A stretch of 58,584 nt of DNA from an uncultured Bacteroidales bacterium. Its GTDB lineage: Bacteria > Bacteroidota > Bacteroidia > Bacteroidales > PUMT01. The stretch lies in assembly GCA_964520585.1 (NCBI GenBank), contig CAZFOO010000012.1:1-58584 (forward strand). Direction: 5' to 3'. The first letter of the stretch is position 1. Every line of letters begins with the position of its first letter. Made by a program: the position numbers and the translations under genes. Shown one piece after another: positions 19,886-30,186 of the stretch. A model generated the notes under the pieces. The model had not been told where the DNA came from. It searched no databases and saw nothing but the letters and a program-made list of their open reading frames with translations.

Positions 19886-19931
19886 CCGATTGGCAAGCTC
19901 TTTACTGTAAAACGTTTTTGTGAAGTTTTAA

Positions 19932-21245
19932 ATGGTAATACGAATTAAAAACCTTCTAACTGTTAAATTAGAATATATTTCAGCCCTGGCAATAGGGTTT
20001 TTATTATTCTTTTTTTTATATGGAATAGATTTTACCTTTCTCCCTCTTTCGACAGCAAGGATAATTGTGTTGGCCGGGGCAGGTTATATATTGCTAAGCA
20101 TAACTTCAGATACCTCTATAATTTTAAGGAGGTCGTTTGTTTTTTTATTAATGCTGTATTTTGTTTTATTAAGCTGGATAGCATTTATAACATTCGTGTA
20201 TGATCTTAAGGATATTACGATATTAACGGGGATACTACTAATGTTTGCTCATTCTTTTATAGGAGGGTATTTCTTTGCTATGTTATTTAATAGATTTGAA
20301 TACGATTTTAGAAGTGTTATACTGTTTATTCAGGTTGCCATAACAATACAGGCAGTTTTTATTATTATATATTTTTTGAGTTGGGATTTCAGAGAATTTA
20401 CTTTCTCATATATACCCGAAACAGGAAATATAGACTACAGGGAAAACCTGTTTCAATCCAGGGGTTTAACTCATTCTTCTGGTGCAGCTCTTTCAGTTTT
20501 ACAATCATTAGGAGTTTTATTTACCTCATATCTGCTATCGACAGTTAGTTTTAAGAGCAAACAATTTCTTTATTTATCCCTTAGTTTTGGATTGCTCTGT
20601 ATTTCTATATTTTTAACAGGAAGAACTGGGTTTCTAATGCTACCATTAGTGGGTGTTTACTTTTTCATGCTCATGGTTTTCAAGCTCAAAATACCAAAGA
20701 ATGTAGGGTTTTTTATTTTAATTGCACCACTTATGCTTCTTGTATCCTATTTTACATTCAGATATGTATACAATAATTTTTTTGGTGGCATAACAACTGC
20801 AGGAGGTGAGGATATTCTCAGCAGAGTTTTTAGATGGTATATTGAAGAATTCTATAGTGATGGTCGGTTACAATCTAAAACATTTACTTTTTTAACATCA
20901 ACTCATTTGTTTTTTCCTGAAGATAATTCAGTTCTATTATTTGGAGATCCAACCACATGGTCTCTTAACCGTATAAGATCAGACATTGGCCTTGTCCGAA
21001 TGTGGCACGGAATAGGTCTTCTGGGAATAATTTTGTACTATTCATTTATAATAGCTCTTTTTATGCAAATGATATTATCATCCCGAGGGTTTAATGAAAA
21101 GCTTATGTTATCCTTGTTGCTCCTTTTTCTATTTATAATTGAATTCAAAGAACCATTTATGTTTAGTGTGTCAGTGAATGCATTTTTTATCCTGATATTT
21201 AGTTATATGTTCTTGAATAACATCAGGAATGGTGTTAAGTTATGA
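19932..21245 (+). CDS. wzy: probable Wzy polymerase
   Basis: About 10-11 hydrophobic segments, LTGRTG, late periplasmic loop with SDIG; position among GTs. Confidence 0.7.
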   Translation: MVIRIKNLLTVKLEYISALAIGFLLFFFLYGIDFTFLPLSTARIIVLAGAGYILLSITSDTSIILRRSFVFLLMLYFVLLSWIAFITFVYDLKDITILTGILLMFAHSFIGGYFFAMLFNRFEYDFRSVILFIQVAITIQAVFIIIYFLSWDFREFTFSYIPETGNIDYRENLFQSRGLTHSSGAALSVLQSLGVLFTSYLLSTVSFKSKQFLYLSLSFGLLCISIFLTGRTGFLMLPLVGVYFFMLMVFKLKIPKNVGFFILIAPLMLLVSYFTFRYVYNNFFGGITTAGGEDILSRVFRWYIEEFYSDGRLQSKTFTFLTSTHLFFPEDNSVLLFGDPTTWSLNRIRSDIGLVRMWHGIGLLGIILYYSFIIALFMQMILSSRGFNEKLMLSLLLLFLFIIEFKEPFMFSVSVNAFFILIFSYMFLNNIRNGVKL

Positions 21246-22354
21246 ATGTATTGTTAGTAATTGATCATTTTGGATCAGGTGGAGCACAAAGGCAAATGGT
21301 TAATCTGGCTATAGGCTTGAGAAAACAGGGTTGTGAGGTTGATGTATTTATTTATTATCCGGAGTTTAATTTTCACAGACAGGTCCTGGAGCAAAATTCG
21401 GTTAATATTATAGATCATTATAAAGAAAAAACAGGAATATCTTTTAGTGTATTTTTTCACCTGAGGCAAATTTTAGTGAAAAATACATACGATATTGCTC
21501 TTGCCTACCTCGACACACCCAGTGTTTACCTGCTATTCAGTGGAATTAAGTGCAAAACAAAACTAATTGTTTCAGATCGCAGTTCATATCTTGGAGCACC
21601 CGGGAAATATTCTTATTTGATTAAACGACAGATATTCAGGCTTGCACATAAAGTTATAACAAATTCAGAAATGCAAAAAAGCTGGTTTGTTAATACTGCC
21701 GGATTTCCTGATAATAAAATTGTTACCATTTATAATGGTTACGATGAAAAAGCATTTTATATTGATAAAACATTTTTCCCTTCCAACCCTAAGTTAAAAC
21801 TAATTGCTATTGGAGGTATCAGGCCGGTAAAGAACATTGAAACCTTGATATTAGCACTGGATTTATTTTATCAAAAGCACAGGTGGTTGCCTGATATCTC
21901 ATGGGTAGGTAAATCTGACGACTTTGAATACGAAATGAAAGTTAAGAATTTATTAGAATCAAAAACCGAAGTAAAGACTGTATGGAAATGGATGGGAGAA
22001 AGAAGAGATATTCCCGGGTTACTTGCTACTAATCATGCTTTGATCTCTCCCAGTTATTATGAAGGGTTGCCAAATGTTATTTGTGAAGCGTTATTTTCCG
22101 GTAAGCCTGTTCTTACATCAAATGTTTGTGATAATCCTGTTCTTGTTGAAGATAATGTCAGAGGATTTTTATTTAATCCCAAATCTCCAGAATCGATTAT
22201 GAGGTCAATTGAAAGTCTTGTTGGTTTAAATCGCAATGAATGGCTATCAATGAGTAAAAACTGCAGATTGTTCGCTGAAAATAATTTGAGCCTTGATAAT
22301 ATGGTTAGTGCATATATGACCGTGTTTAATTCAGTATTGGAGAAACCCGATTGA
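21242..22354 (+). CDS. GT4 glycosyltransferase
   Basis: GSGGAQRQ, PSYYEGLPNVICEA. Confidence 0.9.
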   Translation: MNVLLVIDHFGSGGAQRQMVNLAIGLRKQGCEVDVFIYYPEFNFHRQVLEQNSVNIIDHYKEKTGISFSVFFHLRQILVKNTYDIALAYLDTPSVYLLFSGIKCKTKLIVSDRSSYLGAPGKYSYLIKRQIFRLAHKVITNSEMQKSWFVNTAGFPDNKIVTIYNGYDEKAFYIDKTFFPSNPKLKLIAIGGIRPVKNIETLILALDLFYQKHRWLPDISWVGKSDDFEYEMKVKNLLESKTEVKTVWKWMGERRDIPGLLATNHALISPSYYEGLPNVICEALFSGKPVLTSNVCDNPVLVEDNVRGFLFNPKSPESIMRSIESLVGLNRNEWLSMSKNCRLFAENNLSLDNMVSAYMTVFNSVLEKPD

Positions 22355-23328
22355 AATTGATGATCAATAATAAAGTTGATGCGATTTTGATATTGGGAAG
22401 GATCCCACCTCCGATTGGAGGTGTAACAATTCATGTGAAAAGGCTCCTGGATGCTTTCTCCGGGACAAATATAACTAAGTTCTGTAGTCTTTCTGAAATC
22501 AGTTCTTTTCATTTTCTGAAACAATTTCTTCAGTATCGTTTTATTCATTTACACACAAGTAATCCTGCATTCCGTAGTTTCCTGTGTTTTTTCTCCATGT
22601 TGCTGAACAAAAAATTAATTATAACTTTTCATGGAAATATTGGCAGATACGGAGCTTTTAAAAATATTTTGGATAAATTATCTATATGGCTGTGCTCTAA
22701 GCCCATACTGCTAAATAAGGAAAGTTGCAGGAAGGCTTTGAAACTCAACTCCCGCTCTGAATTGCTATCAGCATTCATTCCCCCTTTAAAGACTCATGCA
22801 CTTCCAGAAAACCATTTCAAAGAAATTCAGGCTTTGAAATCTAAAGGGATTAATATTTATTGTACAAATGCATTTAATGTGACTTTTGACAAGGAGGGAA
22901 AGGAAATATACGGGATTACCCAACTTCTGAAATTGTTTTCAAGAATACCGGAATCCAGACTGGTTATTTCCGATCCAAGTGGTCAATATAAAAATTATAT
23001 TTTAAAGAATTATCCCGATTTTAAAAGTACTCCTTTATGGATTTCTGAGCCTCACGATTTTTTTGAGGTTCTAAAGCTTAGTGATGGATTTATAAGAAAT
23101 ACAACGACTGATGGCGATTCACTTTCGATAAAGGAGTCATTATTTTTAAATGTTCCTGTGTATGCTACTGATGTTGTGGACAGGCCACATGGTTGTTTCT
23201 TATATAAGAAACCAGACAATCTTTTTGATCATTTCTCAACAAAAAAAATAAGTGTAAATCCGGTTGGTAAAATTAACATTGAGTCCCCGGTAAAAAGACT
23301 CGAAGAAATATACACATCCTATTTATAA
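22351..23328 (+). CDS. GT4-like glycosyltransferase
   Basis: PPPIGGVTIHVKRL, FIRNTTTDGDSLSIKESL; TTG start overlapping the upstream stop (ATG alternative at 22360). Confidence 0.7.
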   Translation: MKLMINNKVDAILILGRIPPPIGGVTIHVKRLLDAFSGTNITKFCSLSEISSFHFLKQFLQYRFIHLHTSNPAFRSFLCFFSMLLNKKLIITFHGNIGRYGAFKNILDKLSIWLCSKPILLNKESCRKALKLNSRSELLSAFIPPLKTHALPENHFKEIQALKSKGINIYCTNAFNVTFDKEGKEIYGITQLLKLFSRIPESRLVISDPSGQYKNYILKNYPDFKSTPLWISEPHDFFEVLKLSDGFIRNTTTDGDSLSIKESLFLNVPVYATDVVDRPHGCFLYKKPDNLFDHFSTKKISVNPVGKINIESPVKRLEEIYTSYL

Positions 23329-23337
23329 AAAAAATCA

Positions 23338-25506
23338 ATGAAACAAATTTTACAATCATTTAGAACAGGTAAGACTGAATTAGTGGATGTTCCTTTACCA
23401 AAGGTTTCCAGAGGAAGTCTTTTGATTAAAACAACACATACCCTGGTTTCACTAGGGACTGAAAGGATGTTGGTGGAATTTGGAAAATCCAGTTTAATTT
23501 CCAAAGCCAGACAGCAACCAGATAAGGTTAAGATGGTTTTAGACAAGGTAAAGTCAGACGGGTTATTGCCGACTATTGAAACCGTATTTAATAAACTGGA
23601 CGAACCATTGCCGTTAGGTTACTGTAATTCTGGAATAGTGGTTGCAGTTGGCGATGATGTTGATGGTTTTTCCATAGGTGACAGAGTTGCCTCTAACGGT
23701 AATCACGCTGAATATGTTTGTGTTCCTAAGAACCTGGTGGCAAAAATACCCGGTAACGTAACTCAGGAGGAAGCTGCCTTTACCGTTATAGGGTCAATCG
23801 GACTTCAGGGTATAAGATTATGTAATCCATCCTTTGGAGAAACAATAGTTGTAATTGGCTTAGGTCTGATAGGTTTATTAACAGTTCAATTGCTAAGAGC
23901 TAATGGCTGTAGAGTTATAGGTTTAGATATAGATGATAACAAGTGTGCATTAGCAAGAAAAACAGGTGCTCATGTTATAAATACCAGCAAAGGAACTGAT
24001 CCCGTAAAGGCTGTTCTTGATCTTACTGAAAATATAGGAGCGGATGGGGTTATTATTACGGCCTCAGCTAAAAACAATGAAATAATATCTCAGTCGGCCA
24101 AGATGAGTCGTAAAAGAGGACGCATCATTCTGGTAGGTGTGGTGGGATTAAATATTGACAGATCTGAATTTTATCAAAAGGAGTTAGTTTTTCAGGTGTC
24201 ATGTTCTTACGGACCTGGAAGATATGATGAAAATTATGAGCAGAAAGGGATTGATTACCCATTACCTTTTGTCAGGTGGACAGAGAAAAGGAACTTCGAG
24301 ACTATTCTGGATAATATTAGTACCGGATCTTTAAATGTGAAAGAACTGATCACCGAGCAAGTTGATATTGCTGATTATTTGTCAATCTATGATAACATCG
24401 GGCAAAGCAAGTCAATTGCATCAATTTTAAGATTTTCTGATAATACAAGTATTACGGATACCGGTCCAGGTATGCAAACAATCATCTTAAATGATAAATC
24501 TTTTAAAGAGTCTAAAGGAGTTATTGGTGTTATAGGTTCCGGAAATTTTGCTAAAATGACTATGTTGCCAGCATTAAAAGGTTCAGGAGCAGAATTTAAG
24601 TATATTGCATCATCCAAAGGAGTCTCAGGAACGATGCTGGCAAGAAAGTTTGGTTTTTCACATAGTACTACTGATTATAAGGAAATACTGGCAGATAAGG
24701 ATGTTGATGTAATATTTATATCGACCAGACATAATTCTCATGCAGAATTAGTTATAGAATCACTAAAGGCAGGAAAACATGTATTTGTCGAAAAACCACT
24801 TGCTATTACTGAAGTACAGTTTGGTAAAATTATTAGTCATCTGAATTTAGTTGATTTAAATAATACCTCAATTACCATAGGCTTTAATCGCCGCTTTTCT
24901 CCTCATACTCAATTCATAAAAAAATCCCTTGGTGAGAATCCCGGACCGATTAATATAAATGCTACAATGAATGCAGGATTTATTCCTCCCGATGTCTGGA
25001 TTCATGATATGGAGATAGGAGGTGGACGGATAATAGGGGAGGCCTGCCATTATATTGATTTATGCGTTTATCTTACTGGTTCTCAGATTGAATCTGTTTG
25101 CATGAATTCCATGGGGAAAGATCCACAACAAAATACAGACAACGCCAGCATTTTGTTGAAGTTCAAGAATGGAAGTAATGCAGTTGTAAATTATTTTGCC
25201 AATGGATCTAAAGCCTACAGCAAAGAAAGGGTTGAAGTATTTTCTGCTGAACGCACATGGGTCCTGGATAATTTCCGTTCAACAAAAGCCTTTGGTGTAA
25301 AAGGCCCTGGAAAACTTAGAACTAAAATCAACAAGGGACATAAAAATCAGTTTTACGAATACATTAAAAGAATTAAAACCGGAGGGGATCCTATTATTTC
25401 TATTAATGAAATTCTTAATGTGACGCAGGCATCTTTTGCTGCAATTCGCAGCCTGAAAGAGAATAAGTGGATCAAAATTAAACAGACTTATCTGGATTAT
25501 AATTGA
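23338..25506 (+). CDS. bi-domain oxidoreductase (Zn-ADH-like plus Gfo/Idh/MocA), WeeE-like
   Basis: SLGTERM, PLGYCNSG, GLGLIG, SCSYGPGRYD; second domain IGSGNF, HVFVEKPL, GFNRRFSP, GGGRIIGEACH. Confidence 0.85.
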   Translation: MKQILQSFRTGKTELVDVPLPKVSRGSLLIKTTHTLVSLGTERMLVEFGKSSLISKARQQPDKVKMVLDKVKSDGLLPTIETVFNKLDEPLPLGYCNSGIVVAVGDDVDGFSIGDRVASNGNHAEYVCVPKNLVAKIPGNVTQEEAAFTVIGSIGLQGIRLCNPSFGETIVVIGLGLIGLLTVQLLRANGCRVIGLDIDDNKCALARKTGAHVINTSKGTDPVKAVLDLTENIGADGVIITASAKNNEIISQSAKMSRKRGRIILVGVVGLNIDRSEFYQKELVFQVSCSYGPGRYDENYEQKGIDYPLPFVRWTEKRNFETILDNISTGSLNVKELITEQVDIADYLSIYDNIGQSKSIASILRFSDNTSITDTGPGMQTIILNDKSFKESKGVIGVIGSGNFAKMTMLPALKGSGAEFKYIASSKGVSGTMLARKFGFSHSTTDYKEILADKDVDVIFISTRHNSHAELVIESLKAGKHVFVEKPLAITEVQFGKIISHLNLVDLNNTSITIGFNRRFSPHTQFIKKSLGENPGPININATMNAGFIPPDVWIHDMEIGGGRIIGEACHYIDLCVYLTGSQIESVCMNSMGKDPQQNTDNASILLKFKNGSNAVVNYFANGSKAYSKERVEVFSAERTWVLDNFRSTKAFGVKGPGKLRTKINKGHKNQFYEYIKRIKTGGDPIISINEILNVTQASFAAIRSLKENKWIKIKQTYLDYN

Positions 25507-25604
25507 TAATTGATTGAATATTAAACTTTTTGTCAAGTTTGATTGGATTTTAATGAATTGATATCAGTCTTAAGGACCTTACAGTCGATTTTCAAATTGC
25601 CTGA

Positions 25605-27470
25605 ATGAAAAAATTATTAATTGTAATCAGAACGGTCTTCCGGTTAGGATTATGGAATGTAGCCTATGTTTTTTTGTACAGGGTTGCACTAAAAACTGGA
25701 ATAATAAGATACAAATTTCCGGTTAAACAATTAATTTCCACCGAGAATTTTTATGGTTCATATGAAACGACAGGAGCATATCCTGATGAGTGGAAGCAAT
25801 ATCTGTTAAATGATGCAGACCATATCTTATCAGGCTTTTTAAAATATTATTCCTTTCACTGGAAGAAGGTCGGCAATCCTCCTGACTGGTTCTTTAATCC
25901 TTTTTCCGGTACTCACTATCCTGATAATCATCTTCACTGGACTAAACTAAGCGATTTTCACCAGGAGGCGGGAGATATTAAAAATATATGGGAAGCTTCG
26001 AGATTTGAATGGCTTGTAAAACTTGCCAGAGCTTATGCAGTTACAGGCAAAATTGATTATCTGGATGGTATAAACACCCGGATAAACGATTGGGTTTTAA
26101 AAAACCCTGTCAATACAGGCCCAAACTGGAAGTGTGGGCAAGAGGTGGCTTTTCGTGTGTTTAACTTATTAATTGCGGCATATATACTTAAGAATCATCT
26201 TAATCCTGCAAGTGTATTATCAGATCTGATCTATGCTCACCTGGAGAGGATCAATAATAATATCGGTTATGGTTTAGCCCAGGATAACAATCATGGCATA
26301 AGTGAGTCAGCAGGGTTATTTGTTGGTGGCAGCTGGCTTATGATGCTTAATGATGAAAAGTATCTGCTTTCAAAAAGTTATTCCGAAAAAGGCAGGAGAA
26401 TTCTTGAAAAGCAGGTTGAAAAACTTATAGCTCCTGATGGTAGTTTTTCGCAGCATTCTACAAATTATCACCGTGTAGTACTCGATACTATCTCATATGC
26501 TGAGTTCTGGCGAATAACTACCAGGCAGGAACCTTTTTGCGAAATATTTTATTCAAGGGTCAGGGCTGCAATTGATTGGCTATTCGATATAACTGACTCC
26601 AGCAATGGTAATGTGCCAAATTTCGGTGCAAATGATGGGGCTATGATAAATCAACTGCATTCATGCTCATACCGCGATTTCAGGCCTTCTTTGCAATTAT
26701 CCGGTGCCCTTTTCTTTAAAAATAACTTATATGAAAATGGGAAATGGGATGAACCACTCAAGTGGTTGGATTTAACAGAAATATTTAAAAAGCAAGATAG
26801 CCTTGTAAAGAAAAACAAAATACTCAACACAGGGTATCTTTTTCTTCATAGCAGTGATGCCTTAGTCTTTTTAAGACTGCCATATTTTAGGTTCAGGCCT
26901 GCTCATAATGATGTATTTCATTTTGACCTGTGGCATAAAGGAGTTAATATATTGTGTGATGCAGGGACATATTCCTATAATCCTCCGCCTGATGAAGAAG
27001 TGAATTTGAAATCGGTTAATCATCACAACACAGTTTGTTTTGATGGAAATGAACAAATGCCTCAATTAAGCAGGTTTTTACTCGGTAACTGGCTAAGGGT
27101 TGATCATATCGGAAACATACAGGAGGATTCCGCCGGTTTAACAGAATGGACCGGGTCGTATTATGACAATAATAGAAATCGTCATCAGAGAAAAATAACC
27201 TCCGGAAACAATCTGTGGATTATAGAAGATACTCTTGAAGGAAACTTTGCTAATGCCAGAATAGGTTTTAATATCAATTATCAGAAAGTAATTTTAGCAG
27301 GGCGCGAAGTATTTTTCCCTGGTGGTAAATTAACATTTGATGCAAAAGTTACTGCTACTCTCACAGATTCCCCTGTTTCAGAGTACTATTTTGAAAAACA
27401 TTTAGTAAAAAGATTAATAATGGAGGTTGATAAACCAGGCATATATAAGACAGTGCTGTCTTTCAACTAA
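25605..27470 (+). CDS. heparinase II/III-family protein, WeeF-like
   Basis: GDIKNIWEASRF, GPNWKCGQE, QDNNHGISE, FSQHSTNYHR, RPAHND, DAGTYSYN, HNTV. Confidence 0.8.
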   Translation: MKKLLIVIRTVFRLGLWNVAYVFLYRVALKTGIIRYKFPVKQLISTENFYGSYETTGAYPDEWKQYLLNDADHILSGFLKYYSFHWKKVGNPPDWFFNPFSGTHYPDNHLHWTKLSDFHQEAGDIKNIWEASRFEWLVKLARAYAVTGKIDYLDGINTRINDWVLKNPVNTGPNWKCGQEVAFRVFNLLIAAYILKNHLNPASVLSDLIYAHLERINNNIGYGLAQDNNHGISESAGLFVGGSWLMMLNDEKYLLSKSYSEKGRRILEKQVEKLIAPDGSFSQHSTNYHRVVLDTISYAEFWRITTRQEPFCEIFYSRVRAAIDWLFDITDSSNGNVPNFGANDGAMINQLHSCSYRDFRPSLQLSGALFFKNNLYENGKWDEPLKWLDLTEIFKKQDSLVKKNKILNTGYLFLHSSDALVFLRLPYFRFRPAHNDVFHFDLWHKGVNILCDAGTYSYNPPPDEEVNLKSVNHHNTVCFDGNEQMPQLSRFLLGNWLRVDHIGNIQEDSAGLTEWTGSYYDNNRNRHQRKITSGNNLWIIEDTLEGNFANARIGFNINYQKVILAGREVFFPGGKLTFDAKVTATLTDSPVSEYYFEKHLVKRLIMEVDKPGIYKTVLSFN

Positions 27471-27544
27471 AATCTGATGATAGATTGCAGATATTATTTA
27501 ATAATTTATCCTATTGTTAAAGTTTATCATTCGCAGGTTAAATT

Positions 27545-28786
27545 ATGAGAATTCTTCTTATTCATCAATATTTTCTTGAACGGGATGATCCCGGAGGTTC
27601 ACGGTTTAATGAAATGACCCGTTACTGGTCGGAACAAGGTCATGATATAACGGTTCTTGCCGGGATGATTCATGCAAATAAATCTAAAAAAAGGCCTGAG
27701 TATAAAGGGAAGTATATTGTTAATAAAAAGCAAGATGGGATAACTGTGTTACGTTGCCATGTATCTGAAACCTATAATACAAATTTTGCCGGAAGGTTAT
27801 GGGGGTACTTTTCTTTTGTAATTAGTTCAGTTATTGCCGGCTTATTTAAGACCAAGGGTAAATTTGACCTGATTCTCGTTACATCTCCACCGTTATTTGT
27901 TGGTGTCACGGCATTTATACTTTCCATTTTCAAGCGCATACCTTATGTTTTTGAAGTCCGGGATCTTTGGCCTGAATCTGCAATAGATACCGGATTACTA
28001 TCCAGTAAACCTATAATTAAATTTGCTTACTGGTTTGAATCATTTATATATAATAAGGCGAGTCTTATTAATGTCTTAACACCTGCATTCAGAGACATAT
28101 TAATAAGTGAAAAGAACGTTCCTGAGAGCAAGGTTATATTTATTCCTAATGCTGCTGATTTCAGCTTGTCAGACCTTGTTTTAAAAAGCTTTGATCGACA
28201 GGCATTCCGGCTTGAAAATAATATTAACGATAAATTTGTAATTACATATGTTGGTGCTCATGGAGTTGCAAATCACCTTATACAATTACTTGATTCTGCC
28301 GAATTACTTAAAGACTCAAATGTTTTGTTTCAGTTAATTGGCGATGGCATGCAAAAAAGAATGCTAATTAAGGAAACCGGAAGGAGAGGGTTGAATAATA
28401 ATGTTAAATTTATAGATCCTGTACCTAAAAGTGAAGTGTTCAAATATATAATTGCATCTGATATGGGTGCTTCTGTATTGAAACGGGTTGATGCATTTAA
28501 AACAATATACAGCAATAAGACATTCGATTATATGGCTTGCAAGAAACCTGTTCTGTTGCTGATTGATGGAGTTTCCAGGGAACTGGTAGAGAAGGCAAAT
28601 TGTGGTGTATATGCTGAACCTGAAAATCCTGTTGATATTGTATCGAAAATAAGGATTTATCTGTCAGATCCGGAGTTATTAAAAAAACAGGGGGAGAATG
28701 GATATCAGTATGCTAAAACTCATTTTGACAGAAAGGTGCTGACAAATAAATATCTTAAATATCTTCAGGTTGCTGCCAGAGACTGA
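27545..28786 (+). CDS. GT4 glycosyltransferase (WbuB-like)
   Basis: TSPPLF, FEVRDLWPESA, YVGAHGVAN, SNKTFDYMA. Confidence 0.9.
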   Translation: MRILLIHQYFLERDDPGGSRFNEMTRYWSEQGHDITVLAGMIHANKSKKRPEYKGKYIVNKKQDGITVLRCHVSETYNTNFAGRLWGYFSFVISSVIAGLFKTKGKFDLILVTSPPLFVGVTAFILSIFKRIPYVFEVRDLWPESAIDTGLLSSKPIIKFAYWFESFIYNKASLINVLTPAFRDILISEKNVPESKVIFIPNAADFSLSDLVLKSFDRQAFRLENNINDKFVITYVGAHGVANHLIQLLDSAELLKDSNVLFQLIGDGMQKRMLIKETGRRGLNNNVKFIDPVPKSEVFKYIIASDMGASVLKRVDAFKTIYSNKTFDYMACKKPVLLLIDGVSRELVEKANCGVYAEPENPVDIVSKIRIYLSDPELLKKQGENGYQYAKTHFDRKVLTNKYLKYLQVAARD

Positions 28787-28799
28787 TTGGGGAAATTTT

Positions 28800-29411
28800 A
28801 TGACAATTTATTCCAGGTTTTTTAAAATAATTTTTGACTTTTTGGTCAGTATCTTCTTGTTGATACTTTTAACTCCTATTATTCTGGTAGTTACTATATG
28901 GTTATTTCTGGTTAATGGAGGGAAGCCTTTTTTTTATCAGTTAAGGCCAGGTAAAAACGCCCGCATCTTTAAGCTGATCAAGTTTAAAACAATGACCGAC
29001 AAAACAGATAGTCATGGTAATTTGCTGACTGATTCTGAAAGACTCACTTCACCGGGTCGTTTAATTCGTAATTTATCTTTAGATGAACTTCCTCAATTAT
29101 TAAACGTAGTTAAAGGCGATATGAGTCTTGTTGGGCCGCGACCTTTACTAATAGAATATTTGCCATTATATAATGACAGGCATAAACGCAGGCATGAAGT
29201 TAAACCTGGAATAACAGGATGGGCCCAGGTTAACGGACGGAATGCAATTAGCTGGGAAGAAAAGTTTGATTTTGATATATGGTATGTAGATAATATATCA
29301 TTTTTAATAGATCTTAAAATACTCTGGATCACTTTTTTAAAAGTATTAAAAAAGGAAGGGATTAATCAGAAAACTGACATTCCTATGGAAAAATTTAAAG
29401 GAAGTGAATAA
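28800..29411 (+). CDS. pglC: initiating phosphoglycosyltransferase (PglC-like)
   Basis: KFKTM, SLDELPQLLNVVKGDMSLVGPRP, PGITGWAQVNGRN; ATG 28800 preferred to TTG 28770. Confidence 0.85.
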   Translation: MTIYSRFFKIIFDFLVSIFLLILLTPIILVVTIWLFLVNGGKPFFYQLRPGKNARIFKLIKFKTMTDKTDSHGNLLTDSERLTSPGRLIRNLSLDELPQLLNVVKGDMSLVGPRPLLIEYLPLYNDRHKRRHEVKPGITGWAQVNGRNAISWEEKFDFDIWYVDNISFLIDLKILWITFLKVLKKEGINQKTDIPMEKFKGSE

Positions 29412-30010
29412 TGTATTTATATGGTGCAAGCGGTCATGCTAAAGTAATTATTGAAATTCTTGAACAGAACATGGTTACTGTTGACGGACTTTACGATGAC
29501 AATCCTGATATAAAACAATTACTTGGTTATAGGGTTTATGGTTCTTTGTCTAGTAAAAGGATTCCTAAAGTTCCATTTATTGTTTCAATTGGCAATAATT
29601 CATTGCGAAAGAAAATAGTAGAGGAGTACAATCTTTTATTTGGAAATGCATTTCACCTGACATCCGTAATTTCAAAACGGACCAAAATCGATGAAGGTTC
29701 GGTTGTTCTTGGAAACGTAGTAATTAACTCTGGTGCTCTGATAGGCAAACATGTTATATTAAACACTTTATGCAGTATTGACCATGATTGTGTTATTGGC
29801 GATTATGTTCATATTTCACCCAATGCATGTTTAAGTGGAGGCGTTAGTATAGGAGAAGGGACTCATATTGGTTCAGGATCTGTTATAATTCCCGGTATTT
29901 CCATTGGAAAATGGGTTACTATAGGTGCAGGCTCTGTAATCATAAGCGATGTGCCTGATTATGCTACGGTAGTAGGAAATCCTGGGAATGTAATTAAAAT
30001 GTCGAAGTGA
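29411..30010 (+). CDS. pglD: UDP-4-amino-sugar N-acetyltransferase (PglD-like)
   Basis: YGASGHAKV, IGNNSLR, IDHDC, hexapeptide repeats, VVGNP. Confidence 0.8.
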   Translation: MYLYGASGHAKVIIEILEQNMVTVDGLYDDNPDIKQLLGYRVYGSLSSKRIPKVPFIVSIGNNSLRKKIVEEYNLLFGNAFHLTSVISKRTKIDEGSVVLGNVVINSGALIGKHVILNTLCSIDHDCVIGDYVHISPNACLSGGVSIGEGTHIGSGSVIIPGISIGKWVTIGAGSVIISDVPDYATVVGNPGNVIKMSK

Positions 30011-30186
30011 AGGTGTGAACAGTTACTATAGATGTTCAGGTTTCCAATTTTCAATGTAATATCTTTTCAGAACCTTGTTCAGATTTTTATATTGATTCAA
30101 ATCTTTTGACCCTGTTTCGTTCAGTTTTATTAAAAAATAGTAGAGGATTGCACAACAGTAAATTAGTTTTATTTGAATAGTTTTTG

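Noticed and set aside
14640-20017. T8 runs in the PL1 signal region and in wzy as phase-variation tracts
   Set aside because: Expected in AT-rich Phe-rich hydrophobic segments; frames are intact.
14592-27470. Polysaccharide utilisation locus suggested by PL1 and heparinase-like genes
   Set aside because: No SusC/SusD, sensor-regulator or catabolic genes; neighbours are biosynthetic.
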